This document shows, one piece after another, positions 1-9,345 of a DNA stretch of 64,000 bases (the first letter of the stretch is position 1; each line of letters begins with the position of its first letter). The translations under genes and the position numbers were made by a program. The DNA is from Candidatus Falkowbacteria bacterium (GTDB lineage: Bacteria; Patescibacteriota; Patescibacteriia; CAIXNZ01): contig CAVZGV010000003.1 of assembly GCA_963774955.1 (NCBI GenBank), forward strand, positions 192,771 through 256,770, written 5' to 3'. A model generated the notes under the pieces. The model made no database searches, was not told the origin of the DNA, and saw only the letters and a list, made by a program, of their open reading frames with translations.

Positions 1-122
1 AGAGTTACAAAGCCAATAATAAATTAGGCACTGACCCTTGGGCTTTAGGGCAAATTAAGAGGGCAGGGCAAGTGGGTTTGGGTGTTAAGAGTGAAATGGA
101 TTATAAAATTATTGAGATTTAA
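1..122 (+). CDS. 3' end of an upstream ORF (partial, frame 3) ending ...MDYKIIEI*
   Basis: Open frame from the window edge to a TAA stop at about position 120-122. A terminator follows. No homology recognised. Confidence 0.25.
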   Translation, partial: SYKANNKLGTDPWALGQIKRAGQVGLGVKSEMDYKIIEI

Positions 123-146
123 TTTTATAAAATTAAACTTTACTTC

Positions 147-188
147 CCGCTGATTAGTCCGGCACTCTAAGTCAGCGGTTTTTTAATT
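147..188 (+). terminator. Rho-independent terminator (imperfect stem ccgctga...tcagcgg plus T-run)
   Basis: Inverted repeat followed by ttttttaatttt, directly after the partial ORF. Confidence 0.5.
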
Positions 189-198
189 TTGGTGGTTA

Positions 199-227
199 TT
201 GACATTACCCAATAAATATGTTACAAT
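199..227 (+). promoter_or_regulatory. Sigma70-like promoter: TTGACA, 17-nt spacer, TACAAT
   Basis: Both hexamers are perfect consensus with 17-bp spacing, about 65 nt upstream of the 295 CDS. Confidence 0.6.
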
Positions 228-294
228 GTAGTGATTCAGTTTTATGACAAATTTGTTGGAAAAATAAGTCAGAATTTAACGAAAGGAGCATGGT

Positions 295-642
295 ATGAAG
301 ATTTTCAGGATCGAGTGGGTCGGAGGTCATCAGGAGCTCGTCGGAGCAGCGGATGAAAAATCGGTTTTGAAAGAAGCCGGTGTCCGCGGTTCAGCTGTGG
401 CGATCATCGATGTTGTCAGGGAGATTCCATCCATGAGCATGACAGAGATGGCTGAAAAACTGAATTTGAAAGTGACCGAGACAGTGTTTTTCTTTCGCGG
501 CACTTTCGGCAAACCCAAGCTCGGCGAAGGCTTGTTCGAGGCTTGGGACGTGGATGCCAAGAACAACCGTGTACCCACGGATCAGGCCGACATGTTCATG
601 ACGCGAGTCAGGGAGCATTTGGCCCAGACCGCGACGGTTTGA
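295..642 (+). CDS. Hypothetical protein (115 aa) in a higher-GC segment
   Basis: ORF with an upstream RBS aaggagca. No family recognised. GC is clearly higher than in neighbouring AT-rich genes. Confidence 0.5.
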   Translation: MKIFRIEWVGGHQELVGAADEKSVLKEAGVRGSAVAIIDVVREIPSMSMTEMAEKLNLKVTETVFFFRGTFGKPKLGEGLFEAWDVDAKNNRVPTDQADMFMTRVREHLAQTATV

Positions 643-656
643 ACAAGGAGCAAAGC

Positions 657-848
657 ATGAAACGTCAAGTTTCCAACAAAGTAATCAGGGTCCTTTTGCA
701 ACTGGGCTGGACTTGTCAAAAAATCGCCCAAGAGACGGGCGTTTCGGTTCACCGCATCGGTGGTGTTAAAAGCTGGCTCAACTATCGATTTCGGGTCGTT
801 CCCGGAGTCAGGGTGAGCATCACACCGATCAACCCCGTCCGGTTCTAA
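657..848 (+). CDS. Small helix-turn-helix protein (about 63 aa), possibly a transposase/resolvase-type HTH fragment
   Basis: ATG at 657 is preceded by an aaggag RBS at 644-649. Sequence VIRVLLQLGWTCQKIAQETGVSVHRI resembles an HTH motif. Same frame as track ORF 543..848. Confidence 0.45.
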   Translation: MKRQVSNKVIRVLLQLGWTCQKIAQETGVSVHRIGGVKSWLNYRFRVVPGVRVSITPINPVRF

Positions 849-973
849 CGAACAAATGTAACATTCTAATAACCGCCGAGGCGCAAGCCGACGCGGTTTT
901 TCTTTTTGAAAAAATTTGACTCTATGAGGTTGTTTTGTTAAATTAATATAAACTTTGTCTTTAAGGAGGGGAG

Positions 974-1213
974 ATGCAGAAAATTTATAGCCTCATAGGT
1001 AAGATTGTTTTTGGACTGACTGTCATCCTAGTAGTTCTTTCTGAAAATTATTGGCCAGGAAAAGTAAATCCTGATCTGGGTGTCTTGATTTTACTTGGTG
1101 GATTCAGTTTCTTTATTCTGGGTTTTGTTTTTGACGATCATGCTCGGGATAAGAAAATTAAGGCGGAAAAGGACAAGCGTCAGGCATGGATCAATAGTTT
1201 GTATGGCCGATGA
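974..1213 (+). CDS. Small membrane protein (79 aa, 2 TM)
   Basis: RBS aaggagggg upstream. Two hydrophobic helices. Confidence 0.5.
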   Translation: MQKIYSLIGKIVFGLTVILVVLSENYWPGKVNPDLGVLILLGGFSFFILGFVFDDHARDKKIKAEKDKRQAWINSLYGR

Positions 1214-1241
1214 AATCAACCTCAGAAAAGGAGACAAAAAA

Positions 1242-1496
1242 ATGGCAAAGGACAGAGAAATAATCCTTCGTTTTACTGGTAATGCCAGGCAACGCCCGTT
1301 CAGCTTGAATGGCTGTGGCGAACAATTGCAGATTCTAGCCTGGGATCCTGAAACTGGTGAAGAGGTCATTGTCTTTACCGGCGCTGAATTTTTTCCCGAG
1401 GAATATGAAAAGAACGGTGGTCAGGCGCAAGAGGATTCCTTTTTTAAATCAAGGGCAAAAGGACCATCAAAGTGTAACTGTGACCGTTGCAAGTGA
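1242..1496 (+). CDS. Hypothetical protein (84 aa)
   Basis: ATG preceded by RBS aaaaggagac. Ends in TGA and is followed immediately by a terminator. Confidence 0.5.
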   Translation: MAKDREIILRFTGNARQRPFSLNGCGEQLQILAWDPETGEEVIVFTGAEFFPEEYEKNGGQAQEDSFFKSRAKGPSKCNCDRCK

Positions 1497-1504
1497 AGCT
1501 AACA

Positions 1505-1530
1505 GACGTCCGCAAGGGCGTCTTTTTTTT
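1505..1530 (+). terminator. Rho-independent terminator
   Basis: agacgtcc-gcaa-gggcgtct hairpin plus T8. Confidence 0.7.
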
Positions 1531-1584
1531 GTATTAAATTTCAGGAAAAATCCTTAAAATTAGTGATATTTTAGGTTTATCTAT

Positions 1585-1613
1585 TGACATTTTAATTAAA
1601 ATATGTTATTATA
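1585..1613 (+). promoter_or_regulatory. Sigma70-like promoter TTGACA-17-TATTAT
   Basis: Consensus -35 and near-consensus -10, about 90 nt upstream of the 1704 CDS. Confidence 0.5.
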
Positions 1614-1703
1614 ATATATCTAATGAAAGGAGGTTTAAAAAGGTAAGAGTAGCGATGTTCATTAACGTTTAAACCGAAATAATGCGAAAGGAGGTAAGGA
1701 GGA

Positions 1704-2078
1704 ATGTCCGTTAATCTAGAACTCTTCGTCTTGCAGCCTGCAGATTTGCGACGCAGTAAAATTTATACTGTGCCACGAACAAAGCTGTTCGTCCCGCAAG
1801 ACTATGACGTCTTGCATCAGGTTGGTGGCTGTGAAGGCTATTTCCAGAACTATCCAGCTCCTGTTGTAAAAGTTCGGAAACTCCCGGTCACCATGGAAGT
1901 TGAAGTAGAGGGCAAAGATTACCTATTGGATCGGTTTGATTGCCCTTTAAAGGTAAGCTTTGCTGGAGAATTCAAAAAAGTGAAGCTTCCTGAAAGAATA
2001 TGCCAAGAGATAAAGGCAATTTTTGCCTATCTCGCGATTTTGGATCCACAGACCCCGATACTTGTCTGGTGGCGTTAA
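1704..2078 (+). CDS. Hypothetical protein (124 aa)
   Basis: Strong RBS aaggaggtaaggagga upstream. Terminator downstream. Confidence 0.55.
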   Translation: MSVNLELFVLQPADLRRSKIYTVPRTKLFVPQDYDVLHQVGGCEGYFQNYPAPVVKVRKLPVTMEVEVEGKDYLLDRFDCPLKVSFAGEFKKVKLPERICQEIKAIFAYLAILDPQTPILVWWR

Positions 2079-2129
2079 TTTAAAAACTCAAAACAAGGAG
2101 GTTCAAGATGAATAAGATTCCTAAATAAA

Positions 2130-2164
2130 AGCCTAGTACGAATGTGCTAGGCTGTTTTTTTTTT
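2130..2164 (+). terminator. Rho-independent terminator
   Basis: agcctag...ctaggct hairpin followed by T11. Confidence 0.7.
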
Positions 2165-2198
2165 GCTTAAATTGGAAAAAAAAGATAAAATAATATAT

Positions 2199-3269
2199 AT
2201 GTCAAATAAAAAAATAAAAGTTGCCATCGGTATGTCCGGCGGGGTGGATTCTTCGGTTGCCGCTGCCTTATTAAAAGACCAGGGCTATGAAGTCATTGGT
2301 ATTTTTATGCATTTTTGGACTGACCCTCATTATGCTCAGACTCAGACTATTGCCAATAAATGCTGTTCAGTTGACGCTAAAGTCGATGCCCGTCTCGTGG
2401 CGGAAAAATTGGATATTCCTTTGTATACAATTAATATGGATCAAAATTTCAAGGAATACATTGTGAACAATTTTTTGGATCAGTATAAACAGGGGTTGAC
2501 TCCCAATCCTTGCGTGCGTTGCAACCAATTTATAAAATTCGGTTTATTCTGGCAGAAAGCTCAAGCTTTAGGTTGTGATTTTATTGCCACAGGTCATTAT
2601 GTCAGGTTAAAAGACGGTCATTTGCTGGAAGCCAAAGACACAGATAAGGATCAAACTTATTTTTTGCATCGCTTAACCCCGGAAATTTTAAAACATTGTT
2701 TATTTCCCATTGGCGAATATAAAAAGGATGAAGTCAGGAAAATGGCTGAGAAATTGGATTTGCCGGTATTTGCGAAGCGCGATTCTCAGGAGATCTGTTT
2801 TGTCCCTGAAAAAACGCCTGAAGAATTTTTAAAAAGGTATTTAAAACTTAAGCCAGGTCCGATTGTGACGACTGAAGGTGAAATTATTGGTCAGCATGAG
2901 GGTATTGCCCTGTATACGATCGGTCAGCGCAAGGGCTTGGAATTGTCAGGCGGGCCCTGGTACGTGGTTAATCTGGATTATAAGCATAATCTGGTAATTG
3001 TCGCTGATAATAATGAACACCCGGCCTTATTTAATGATATAATGTATGTTAATGATGTTAATTGGCTGAGGAAAGTTAACTTGCCGGCCAAACTGGAGGT
3101 GCGGATACGTTATAAGCATAAAGGTTCTCTGGCAATTATAAAGGAATCGGGGAAAGATATGCTGGAAGTTAAATTTGATAATAAACAAAGAGCAATTAGT
3201 CCCGGTCAAAGCGCAGTCTTCTATGACCAAGGTGAGGTTCTGGGCGGGGGAATTATAACTAAAATTTAA
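2199..3269 (+). CDS. mnmA: tRNA-specific 2-thiouridylase MnmA
   Basis: PP-loop SGGVDSS near the N-terminus. Conserved C-terminal domain and overall MnmA architecture. I prefer the ATG at 2199, because the track start at 2163 is a TTG inside the preceding terminator. Confidence 0.85.
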   Translation: MSNKKIKVAIGMSGGVDSSVAAALLKDQGYEVIGIFMHFWTDPHYAQTQTIANKCCSVDAKVDARLVAEKLDIPLYTINMDQNFKEYIVNNFLDQYKQGLTPNPCVRCNQFIKFGLFWQKAQALGCDFIATGHYVRLKDGHLLEAKDTDKDQTYFLHRLTPEILKHCLFPIGEYKKDEVRKMAEKLDLPVFAKRDSQEICFVPEKTPEEFLKRYLKLKPGPIVTTEGEIIGQHEGIALYTIGQRKGLELSGGPWYVVNLDYKHNLVIVADNNEHPALFNDIMYVNDVNWLRKVNLPAKLEVRIRYKHKGSLAIIKESGKDMLEVKFDNKQRAISPGQSAVFYDQGEVLGGGIITKI

Positions 3270-3274
3270 ATATA

Positions 3275-4453
3275 TTGATTACTATGAAAAGATTTCTTGT
3301 CTTACGTTATAAAATTTGGGGGCTTTTAGTTGCCGGTTTTATCCTGGCAGTCAGCGTGGCTCAGTTTGCCTATGTCCAATCTACTTTTTTAAACGGTTTT
3401 TTTAATATTGAAACAGTCAGTTTGATTTTTTTCTTGGCCTTTTTGATCGATTTTATTGTAATTAATTTCTATCCCAATCTAATCGCTAAATTTAATAATA
3501 CTAACTGCGCTTTGTTTGTTCTGTTTTTGGAAATTATTAGTTTGCTGATTTTTATTTTTTTACCCGTGAAATTCTGGGTGTTTGTGGGCTTTATAGTTTT
3601 TGTTGTCTCACGCAATCTGATTTATATAAATTTCGACATATTTTTAAAGGCGCAGAGTAAGGACGAAGACACCGGGGAAATCAGGGGAATTTATATGACC
3701 ATAATGAATTTGGGCTGGGTTTTATCCCCGTTTCTTTCGGGGTTGATCATTGAAAATTATGGGTTTAACTGGCTTTTTGGGTTTATTATATTTTTAATAC
3801 TGCCGATCATCTACATTATTTTGCTTAAATATAATAAATTTAAAAATCATTATCAGGGGCAGCATTTTCATTTTTTTGCCACAATTAAAGAATTGATGAA
3901 GCATCCGAATATAAAAAAAATATTTTACGTTTCATTTTTATTGCAGTTTTTTTATGCAGTTATGATTATTTATACGCCGATTTACCTCAATCAGACTGTC
4001 GGCCTGCCTTGGGATAAAATCGGTATTATTTTTACCATTATGCTTTTGCCTTTTATTTTCATTGAATACCCGGCCGGTTATTTGGCTGATAAATACTGGG
4101 GAGAAAAAGAAATGTTAACCGGTGGTATCATCATAATTGCTTTGTCATTAATCTTGATTTTTTATGTAAATACTTCAAGTGTCTTGCTGTGGGCTTTGCT
4201 TTTATTTCTAACCAGAGTTGGCGCCAGTTTGGTGGAAATAATGTGTGATACTTATTTTTTCAAAAAGGTGGATAGGGACGACATCACCTTTATCAATGCT
4301 TATCGTTCAACTCAGCCCTTGTCTTATATTTTTGCTCCTGCGATTTTTGCCGGCGTTTTATTGTTTTTTTCAATTCACTATGTTTTTCTTTTTTTGGCTG
4401 CGATTATGCTGACCGGTTTATATTTTACTTTGACACTAAAGGATACGAAATAA
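3275..4453 (+). CDS. MFS-type polytopic membrane transporter (about 12 TM)
   Basis: 392 aa, highly hydrophobic with repeated TM helices. No specific substrate family recognised. Confidence 0.55.
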   Translation: MITMKRFLVLRYKIWGLLVAGFILAVSVAQFAYVQSTFLNGFFNIETVSLIFFLAFLIDFIVINFYPNLIAKFNNTNCALFVLFLEIISLLIFIFLPVKFWVFVGFIVFVVSRNLIYINFDIFLKAQSKDEDTGEIRGIYMTIMNLGWVLSPFLSGLIIENYGFNWLFGFIIFLILPIIYIILLKYNKFKNHYQGQHFHFFATIKELMKHPNIKKIFYVSFLLQFFYAVMIIYTPIYLNQTVGLPWDKIGIIFTIMLLPFIFIEYPAGYLADKYWGEKEMLTGGIIIIALSLILIFYVNTSSVLLWALLLFLTRVGASLVEIMCDTYFFKKVDRDDITFINAYRSTQPLSYIFAPAIFAGVLLFFSIHYVFLFLAAIMLTGLYFTLTLKDTK

Positions 4454-4480
4454 GTAAATGATAATTGGAAAATTTTATAT

Positions 4481-4517
4481 AAAAAGCCCCTCGCGTTACG
4501 AGGGGCTTTGGGTTTTT
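4481..4517. terminator. Bidirectional rho-independent terminator between convergent genes
   Basis: agcccctcg-cgtta-cgaggggct hairpin flanked by an A-run and a T-run. Confidence 0.7.
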
Positions 4518-5778
4518 AGGCTAGCAAGTGAAAATACCTAGCCAGTGCCAGGACGGCCCGGGGGCCGTCATTCGCGGCTACCTGGGTGTGGATTTTATTG
4601 CCGGATGAATACTGGCCCTCGATGTTGATACCGGCTTCGGCTAAAATCTTGGCGATGAGATGAGCAAAACCGGGCTTGGTGCCCATGGATGAATCAATGA
4701 AAGTCAAGTTGTGCAAATCGGGTTGTAGTTTGATCTGAAGCCGCGGATCAAGTTTTCTGATATTGTCCATCAGCAATTCCGATTCGTCCAGAGAGTCTTC
4801 GATAATGAGCGCATTGGCCAAAGCCTGATCACGGTTGGCCCCAAAGATGATTTGTTGGAAATCCACCAGGTTGACCCGGTTAAATTGTCCGAAAAGTTTG
4901 GCTGCCCAGCCGATTTCGTTGGGAATGTTTTCGATGGTGCACAGGGCAATTTTCTTTTTGAGGGCAATGGCCTGGAACAGGTAATCAGTGTCTTCGATTT
5001 TGTCCAGGCAGTGTCCGATAGTGGTGCTGGCATCCCAGGGATCATTGCCGAGTCCGGGCGAGGCTTTGAATTCCAGCGGTACGCCAAAGCGTTGGGCAAT
5101 TTCCAGACAGCGCGGATGCAAAAACATATAGCCGTAAGTGCTGAGGTTAAATGCATCCTGATAAGTCATGAAATCGAGCACCTTGACGTTGTCACTGATC
5201 TCAGGGTCAAAAGCGGTAATGCCCTTGGCTTTTTTGTAAAATTCGCATTTACAGTTAAGGACTGCAGCCAGAGCTACGGCCGTAGTATCACTGCCACCGC
5301 GTCCCAGCGTCACAATGACATCGGCTTCTGATTCATGAACACCCTGAAAGCCGGTGACCACTAGAACATCATTGACGGCAAATTCTTTTTCGACTACCGT
5401 CCGGTCAATTTTGGTAATGCGGGCGTTTTGAAAATCACCGGCCGTGCAGATATTAAGCTGCAGGGCGTTGAGTGATTTGGCTGCTACTCCGATTTCATTA
5501 AGTCGCAGCGCCATTAATCCAGCAGAAATACCTTCGCCGGCCTGAGTTACAAAATCAACTTCCCGGCCCTGTTTTTTTTGAGTGCTGGGCGCCAGTTCTC
5601 TGATTTGTCGCAGCGAGTCATCAGTAAAACTGCCCATGGCTGAAACCACGACAATGATTTTGCAGTCAGGATATTTGGCTAGATACTCTTTGAGGTAATC
5701 AGCGACCGCCTTGATCAGATTTAGATTGGCCAGGCATTTGCCGCCAAACTTCATAACAATCCGTTTGTCCCTGTCCAT
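4516..5778 (-). CDS. Aspartate kinase-like (amino-acid kinase domain plus C-terminal ACT domains)
   Basis: KFGG, VVSAMG and GRGGSDTTA motifs typical of aspartokinase. Start set at the ATG preceded by a ggaggatga RBS (Met13 of the track ORF). Confidence 0.65.
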   Translation of the reverse strand: MDRDKRIVMKFGGKCLANLNLIKAVADYLKEYLAKYPDCKIIVVVSAMGSFTDDSLRQIRELAPSTQKKQGREVDFVTQAGEGISAGLMALRLNEIGVAAKSLNALQLNICTAGDFQNARITKIDRTVVEKEFAVNDVLVVTGFQGVHESEADVIVTLGRGGSDTTAVALAAVLNCKCEFYKKAKGITAFDPEISDNVKVLDFMTYQDAFNLSTYGYMFLHPRCLEIAQRFGVPLEFKASPGLGNDPWDASTTIGHCLDKIEDTDYLFQAIALKKKIALCTIENIPNEIGWAAKLFGQFNRVNLVDFQQIIFGANRDQALANALIIEDSLDESELLMDNIRKLDPRLQIKLQPDLHNLTFIDSSMGTKPGFAHLIAKILAEAGINIEGQYSSGNKIHTQVAANDGPRAVLALARYFHLLA

Positions 5779-5859
5779 GTCATCCTCCTTGAAAGGTAAT
5801 TTGTGTAAGAACATTACTCCGATTTATAAATTTAGTCTATAATTATGGTCTTGTCAAAT

Positions 5860-5896
5860 TAAAAAGCCGTTCCGCGACGCGGAACGGCTTGTTTTA
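5860..5896 (-). terminator. Rho-independent terminator for the 5898-6863 gene
   Basis: gccgttccgcg-acg-cgcggaacggc hairpin with a T-run on the minus strand. Confidence 0.65.
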
Positions 5897-5897
5897 A

Positions 5898-6863
5898 TTA
5901 CAGGCCTTTTAAGCCGAATTCAAAGCCGTCAAAAAGATAGAAGTCTTTGACATCGGCATCGAAACTGGGGATGCTGATCATACTGCCAAATGGGGTGATG
6001 TTTTCTTGTGAAGATTCCAGCTCAAGTATTTGGGGCTTTGTCTCTTGGTGTTTCAGAGCTTTTATCAGTTCGGCAATGACGGAAAAAGGCTTGAGTAGGG
6101 GATTAAGCATCAGATATTCCTGATTAAAGTCATCGCAGCCTTCAATCAGTAGGCCGTTGTCAACCAGAAGTTTTACTGCCTGCATGAAGGGTCGATACTT
6201 AATGCCTTGGCGGTGCAGGATGGTCAGCAAATAACCGCGGCCAAAGCGGGAAGTTACATAGACAACACTGCGGGCACCGGGGAAATTTTTTGTGAAATAG
6301 ACAATCTCTTCATCAGACATCGTCCGGATCAGAGACATGTGCAATAATATTTCCCGTGCCACATCATTGCTGATGTAGTTGAGTAGTTTTTGTTCCAGTG
6401 TTTCCCGCAGGGTCAGACAGCTTTGTTCAATCTGTTGCTGGTTGAAAAATAGCAGATTGATTTCATATTGCGGATTTTTAGGGTCTTGTTTTATTCCTGG
6501 TTTTGGGACCAGGATTTTCAGCTTCAGAAAATCCCTGATGACTGCGGACAAGATGTCCCGCTCCAACGGTAATTCCACGCTTAGCAGATAATTCCTGAAT
6601 TTGGTGTAAATGTCCAGCCAGGAAATAACCGGATAGGGACTGTTGATTTGCAGTTCATCATCAAGTTTCAAGTCGCCAAAGGCCAGTTTGATTTTTCCGA
6701 CAAAACATTGAAGACTTTCAGGCTGGATAATCAGGCTGTTTGGCTCGCCATCTTTTTGCTGTTGCTGTCTGATGGCCTGGAACTGAATGATTGCCTGGGT
6801 TAAAAAACCCATAAAAATTTCGGCGTACTTCTGCGCCAGACTGCCAACCTTTTTTTCGGTCAT
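5898..6863 (-). CDS. Hypothetical protein (321 aa)
   Basis: Long ORF in a higher-GC block. No family recognised. Confidence 0.5.
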   Translation of the reverse strand: MTEKKVGSLAQKYAEIFMGFLTQAIIQFQAIRQQQQKDGEPNSLIIQPESLQCFVGKIKLAFGDLKLDDELQINSPYPVISWLDIYTKFRNYLLSVELPLERDILSAVIRDFLKLKILVPKPGIKQDPKNPQYEINLLFFNQQQIEQSCLTLRETLEQKLLNYISNDVAREILLHMSLIRTMSDEEIVYFTKNFPGARSVVYVTSRFGRGYLLTILHRQGIKYRPFMQAVKLLVDNGLLIEGCDDFNQEYLMLNPLLKPFSVIAELIKALKHQETKPQILELESSQENITPFGSMISIPSFDADVKDFYLFDGFEFGLKGL

Positions 6864-6961
6864 TGCTTACCCCTCCTTGAGCTTCTTAAATTACAGTTAT
6901 TAAGGTACTTTGTTTGAGATTTTAAAGTTTAAGCGGAAAATGGTTATTTGTCAATAGGGTA

Positions 6962-6995
6962 ATAAAAAATAGCCCGAGGAACGGGCTGTTTTTTA
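6962..6995. terminator. Bidirectional terminator
   Basis: agcccg-agga-acgggct hairpin flanked by A and T runs. Confidence 0.6.
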
Positions 6996-7000
6996 AGATT

Positions 7001-7405
7001 TTATTTAATCACCCAATGGGGCAGAATGTTTAATTGAAAATTGAGGTTCAGAATATCAAAATAACTTAGCAATACAATAATGAGAGTATAAAAGATGGAA
7101 ATTATTACTTGTTTGGTTATAGAATCTTTTTTGCCACTGGTGCCGGTTAAACTATAATGAATCATCAAAAAGCCGACTAAATTAGTTATAAAATAACCGA
7201 TGATAAAAAGGCTGACGAAAAGCCATCTCGGTACACCTATAAATAAGTCAATGAATTTTCCGGTCAGCCAGGCAAAACCATAAGCCAGAGGGACATTTAT
7301 AATAATATCATTCCACCAGGACAGAGGAGATAAAATAAAACCAACAAAGGCTAGAGTCCCGCGTTTTATCCACTCAGTTGAAGGTAGTTTTTGCCAAAAA
7401 TTCAT
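7001..7405 (-). CDS. Small integral membrane protein (134 aa)
   Basis: Four predicted TM segments. No family recognised. Confidence 0.45.
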   Translation of the reverse strand: MNFWQKLPSTEWIKRGTLAFVGFILSPLSWWNDIIINVPLAYGFAWLTGKFIDLFIGVPRWLFVSLFIIGYFITNLVGFLMIHYSLTGTSGKKDSITKQVIISIFYTLIIVLLSYFDILNLNFQLNILPHWVIK

Positions 7406-7457
7406 ATAATTTATTATATCATAAAATTAATTTTCCTACGCTAAAGCTATGGAGAAT

Positions 7458-7503
7458 AAAAAAAAAGGCTTAGCACTAGATTTTTCATCTTAGCGCTAAG
7501 CCT
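7458..7503 (-). terminator. Rho-independent terminator downstream of the GGDEF gene
   Basis: ggcttagc...gctaagcc hairpin followed by T8 on the minus strand. Confidence 0.6.
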
Positions 7504-7515
7504 TTGTTTGGTCAA

Positions 7516-8526
7516 TTATTCGTTGGCATTATCCACGTCATCGCTGATGATGGTAAACCTGGTTTTTTTTGCCTGGTGAAGTCGTTTGTCTGCCCGGTTA
7601 ATCGCCTGTTCCAGCGATTCACCATCTCTGACTCTGGTAACTCCGGCAGAAAAGCTGAACCCGGATTCGTGGTGGCCTTCAACATCGACTTTGAGTTCAG
7701 TCATCAGGTCCTGAATCCGCCGCAGCCTTTTGACCATGATGTCCTTGTCTTGTTCCCAGAGGATGATGAATTCATCGCCTTCATGCCAGCGGCCAATGAT
7801 GTCCGAAGGTCTCATGTTCTGCAGAAATGCTTTGGCAATGGCTTTGAGGCAGGCAGTGCCAAAGGAATGACCGTGTTGGGTATTGATGTCTTTGAAATGG
7901 TCAATGTCCAGCACGGCAATGGATAGCGGTCCGGGTGAAACTTTGCGTCTCAGCTCGATTTCTTTGGCTTTCCAGTAAATGCCCCGCGCGTTGAGAATAT
8001 TCAGGGTGGGGTCAACAAAGCGGAACTGCTCCACAAAGTTACGTTGTTTGAAAATCTCTTCCATGATCATTTTGATGTGGAAGAGGATTTGGCGCTGTTC
8101 AGGATCGAATTCTCTGGCAGCTGAGGTGTCGTCAATGGCCAAAATCGCCATCACTTCGTTATTCTGATCACGAATGGCAATGTAGGCATCCCAGCCGACT
8201 GATTCAGTCGGGGTGTAGCAGATAAAGCTATGGCTGAAATCGAAGTTCAGCTCATAGGCTTCGTCAAGGACATCGCCTTCTTTGGCGCCGTAAATACCGC
8301 AGAGAACATACTTGGGATTTTCTCCGCTTTTCAAAACCTGGAAAATGCCGATCCGGTCAGCCTTGAAGTGCATGGAAATCTGCCCCAGAAGCACCTGCAT
8401 CAGGTTATGGAAGCTTTCATTCAGGCTGCTTAAAACGGCATACATGAGTTTGTAGTGCAGCTTGATGGCTTCAGTAGTCATCACATTGTCCATGATTTTC
8501 CTCCCATTTGGAATAATTGTTACCAA
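7516..8526 (-). CDS. GAF-like sensor plus GGDEF-domain protein (diguanylate-cyclase family with a degenerate active-site motif)
   Basis: C-terminal LDIDHFKDINTQHGHSFGTACL and RWHEGDEF resemble the GGDEF fold, but with HEGDEF in place of GG(D/E)EF. The N-terminal about 160 aa looks GAF/PAS-like. Confidence 0.6.
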   Translation of the reverse strand: MVTIIPNGRKIMDNVMTTEAIKLHYKLMYAVLSSLNESFHNLMQVLLGQISMHFKADRIGIFQVLKSGENPKYVLCGIYGAKEGDVLDEAYELNFDFSHSFICYTPTESVGWDAYIAIRDQNNEVMAILAIDDTSAAREFDPEQRQILFHIKMIMEEIFKQRNFVEQFRFVDPTLNILNARGIYWKAKEIELRRKVSPGPLSIAVLDIDHFKDINTQHGHSFGTACLKAIAKAFLQNMRPSDIIGRWHEGDEFIILWEQDKDIMVKRLRRIQDLMTELKVDVEGHHESGFSFSAGVTRVRDGESLEQAINRADKRLHQAKKTRFTIISDDVDNANE

Positions 8527-8639
8527 TTGACAAAGAACAAATAATCACCTTACTTTATCATAAAATTTAAATTTTGTCAAGCTGGTCGTCAAAATAAAAA
8601 AGCCCTGAAATTTATCATTTAAGATTAGATAAATCAGGG

Positions 8640-9248
8640 CTAAAAGAAAATAGTTCTCAGGCACAGCAGGATTATGCCAATTGCCATGGCTGTGAGAATT
8701 AGTTTTTTATAACGGCTGGTGCTGAGTTTTTGCGCCAGATGATCAGCAATAAAAAACATGATTAGACAGCCGGCGAGATTGCCCAGCATCAGGAAGAAGT
8801 AGTAAAAGCGATGTTCAATATTGAGCAAGAAGGTCAGATTGATGGTGACATCATCAGCCATATTGCTCAAATAAATGACGCAGGCCAGCCAAAAGTATTG
8901 GGTGCCGGACATTGAAGTCTCTTTAACTTTTTCCGGTTGGCTAGAAGTGAAATTGCGGTAAATTATGCGCAAGGCATAGCCAATCGGTATGATCAGCAGA
9001 AACTGCAGATAATGACGGAAGTTTTCAATGTTTTGCAGCAGCCAGTTTTTAATCAGGTAATCAGTGACGAAAACCAGGCAAAACATGAGCATAACGCCAA
9101 ATAAAGTCCCCAGATAAACAAGTTGGCGTTGCTTCTTGCTTTGGCCGTGGATCAGGGTGAAGACCACCATCAGATCATCAAGGCCGGTAAAAATAAAAAT
9201 GAAAATGCCACTGACAAAAACAATTGCTGTTTCTAACAATGGTCTCAC
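8640..9248 (-). CDS. Integral membrane protein (202 aa, about 6 TM), possibly a CadD-like transporter
   Basis: Hydrophobicity pattern only. Confidence 0.4.
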   Translation of the reverse strand: MRPLLETAIVFVSGIFIFIFTGLDDLMVVFTLIHGQSKKQRQLVYLGTLFGVMLMFCLVFVTDYLIKNWLLQNIENFRHYLQFLLIIPIGYALRIIYRNFTSSQPEKVKETSMSGTQYFWLACVIYLSNMADDVTINLTFLLNIEHRFYYFFLMLGNLAGCLIMFFIADHLAQKLSTSRYKKLILTAMAIGIILLCLRTIFF

Positions 9249-9345
9249 CTCCTTGTTAAAGTACGATTTTAAAGTATATCATGAATTACATAATTTGTCA
9301 ATAATGTAACTTGCCAAGATTAGTTATTTTTTATATGATATTTAT

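Noticed and set aside
4770-5331. Track ORFs 4770-5156(-) and 4852-5331(+) inside the aspartokinase gene. Similar shadow ORFs occur elsewhere: 330-578(-), 391-618(-), 9369-9914(-), 10759-11103(-), 13626-14048(-), 40171-40601(-), 46610-46930(-), 47322-47633(-), 50131-50463(-), and the plus-strand ORFs 53282-54853 opposite the minus-strand operon
   Set aside because: All overlap better-supported genes on the opposite strand or an alternative frame. They lack RBSs and have atypical composition. Treated as shadow ORFs.
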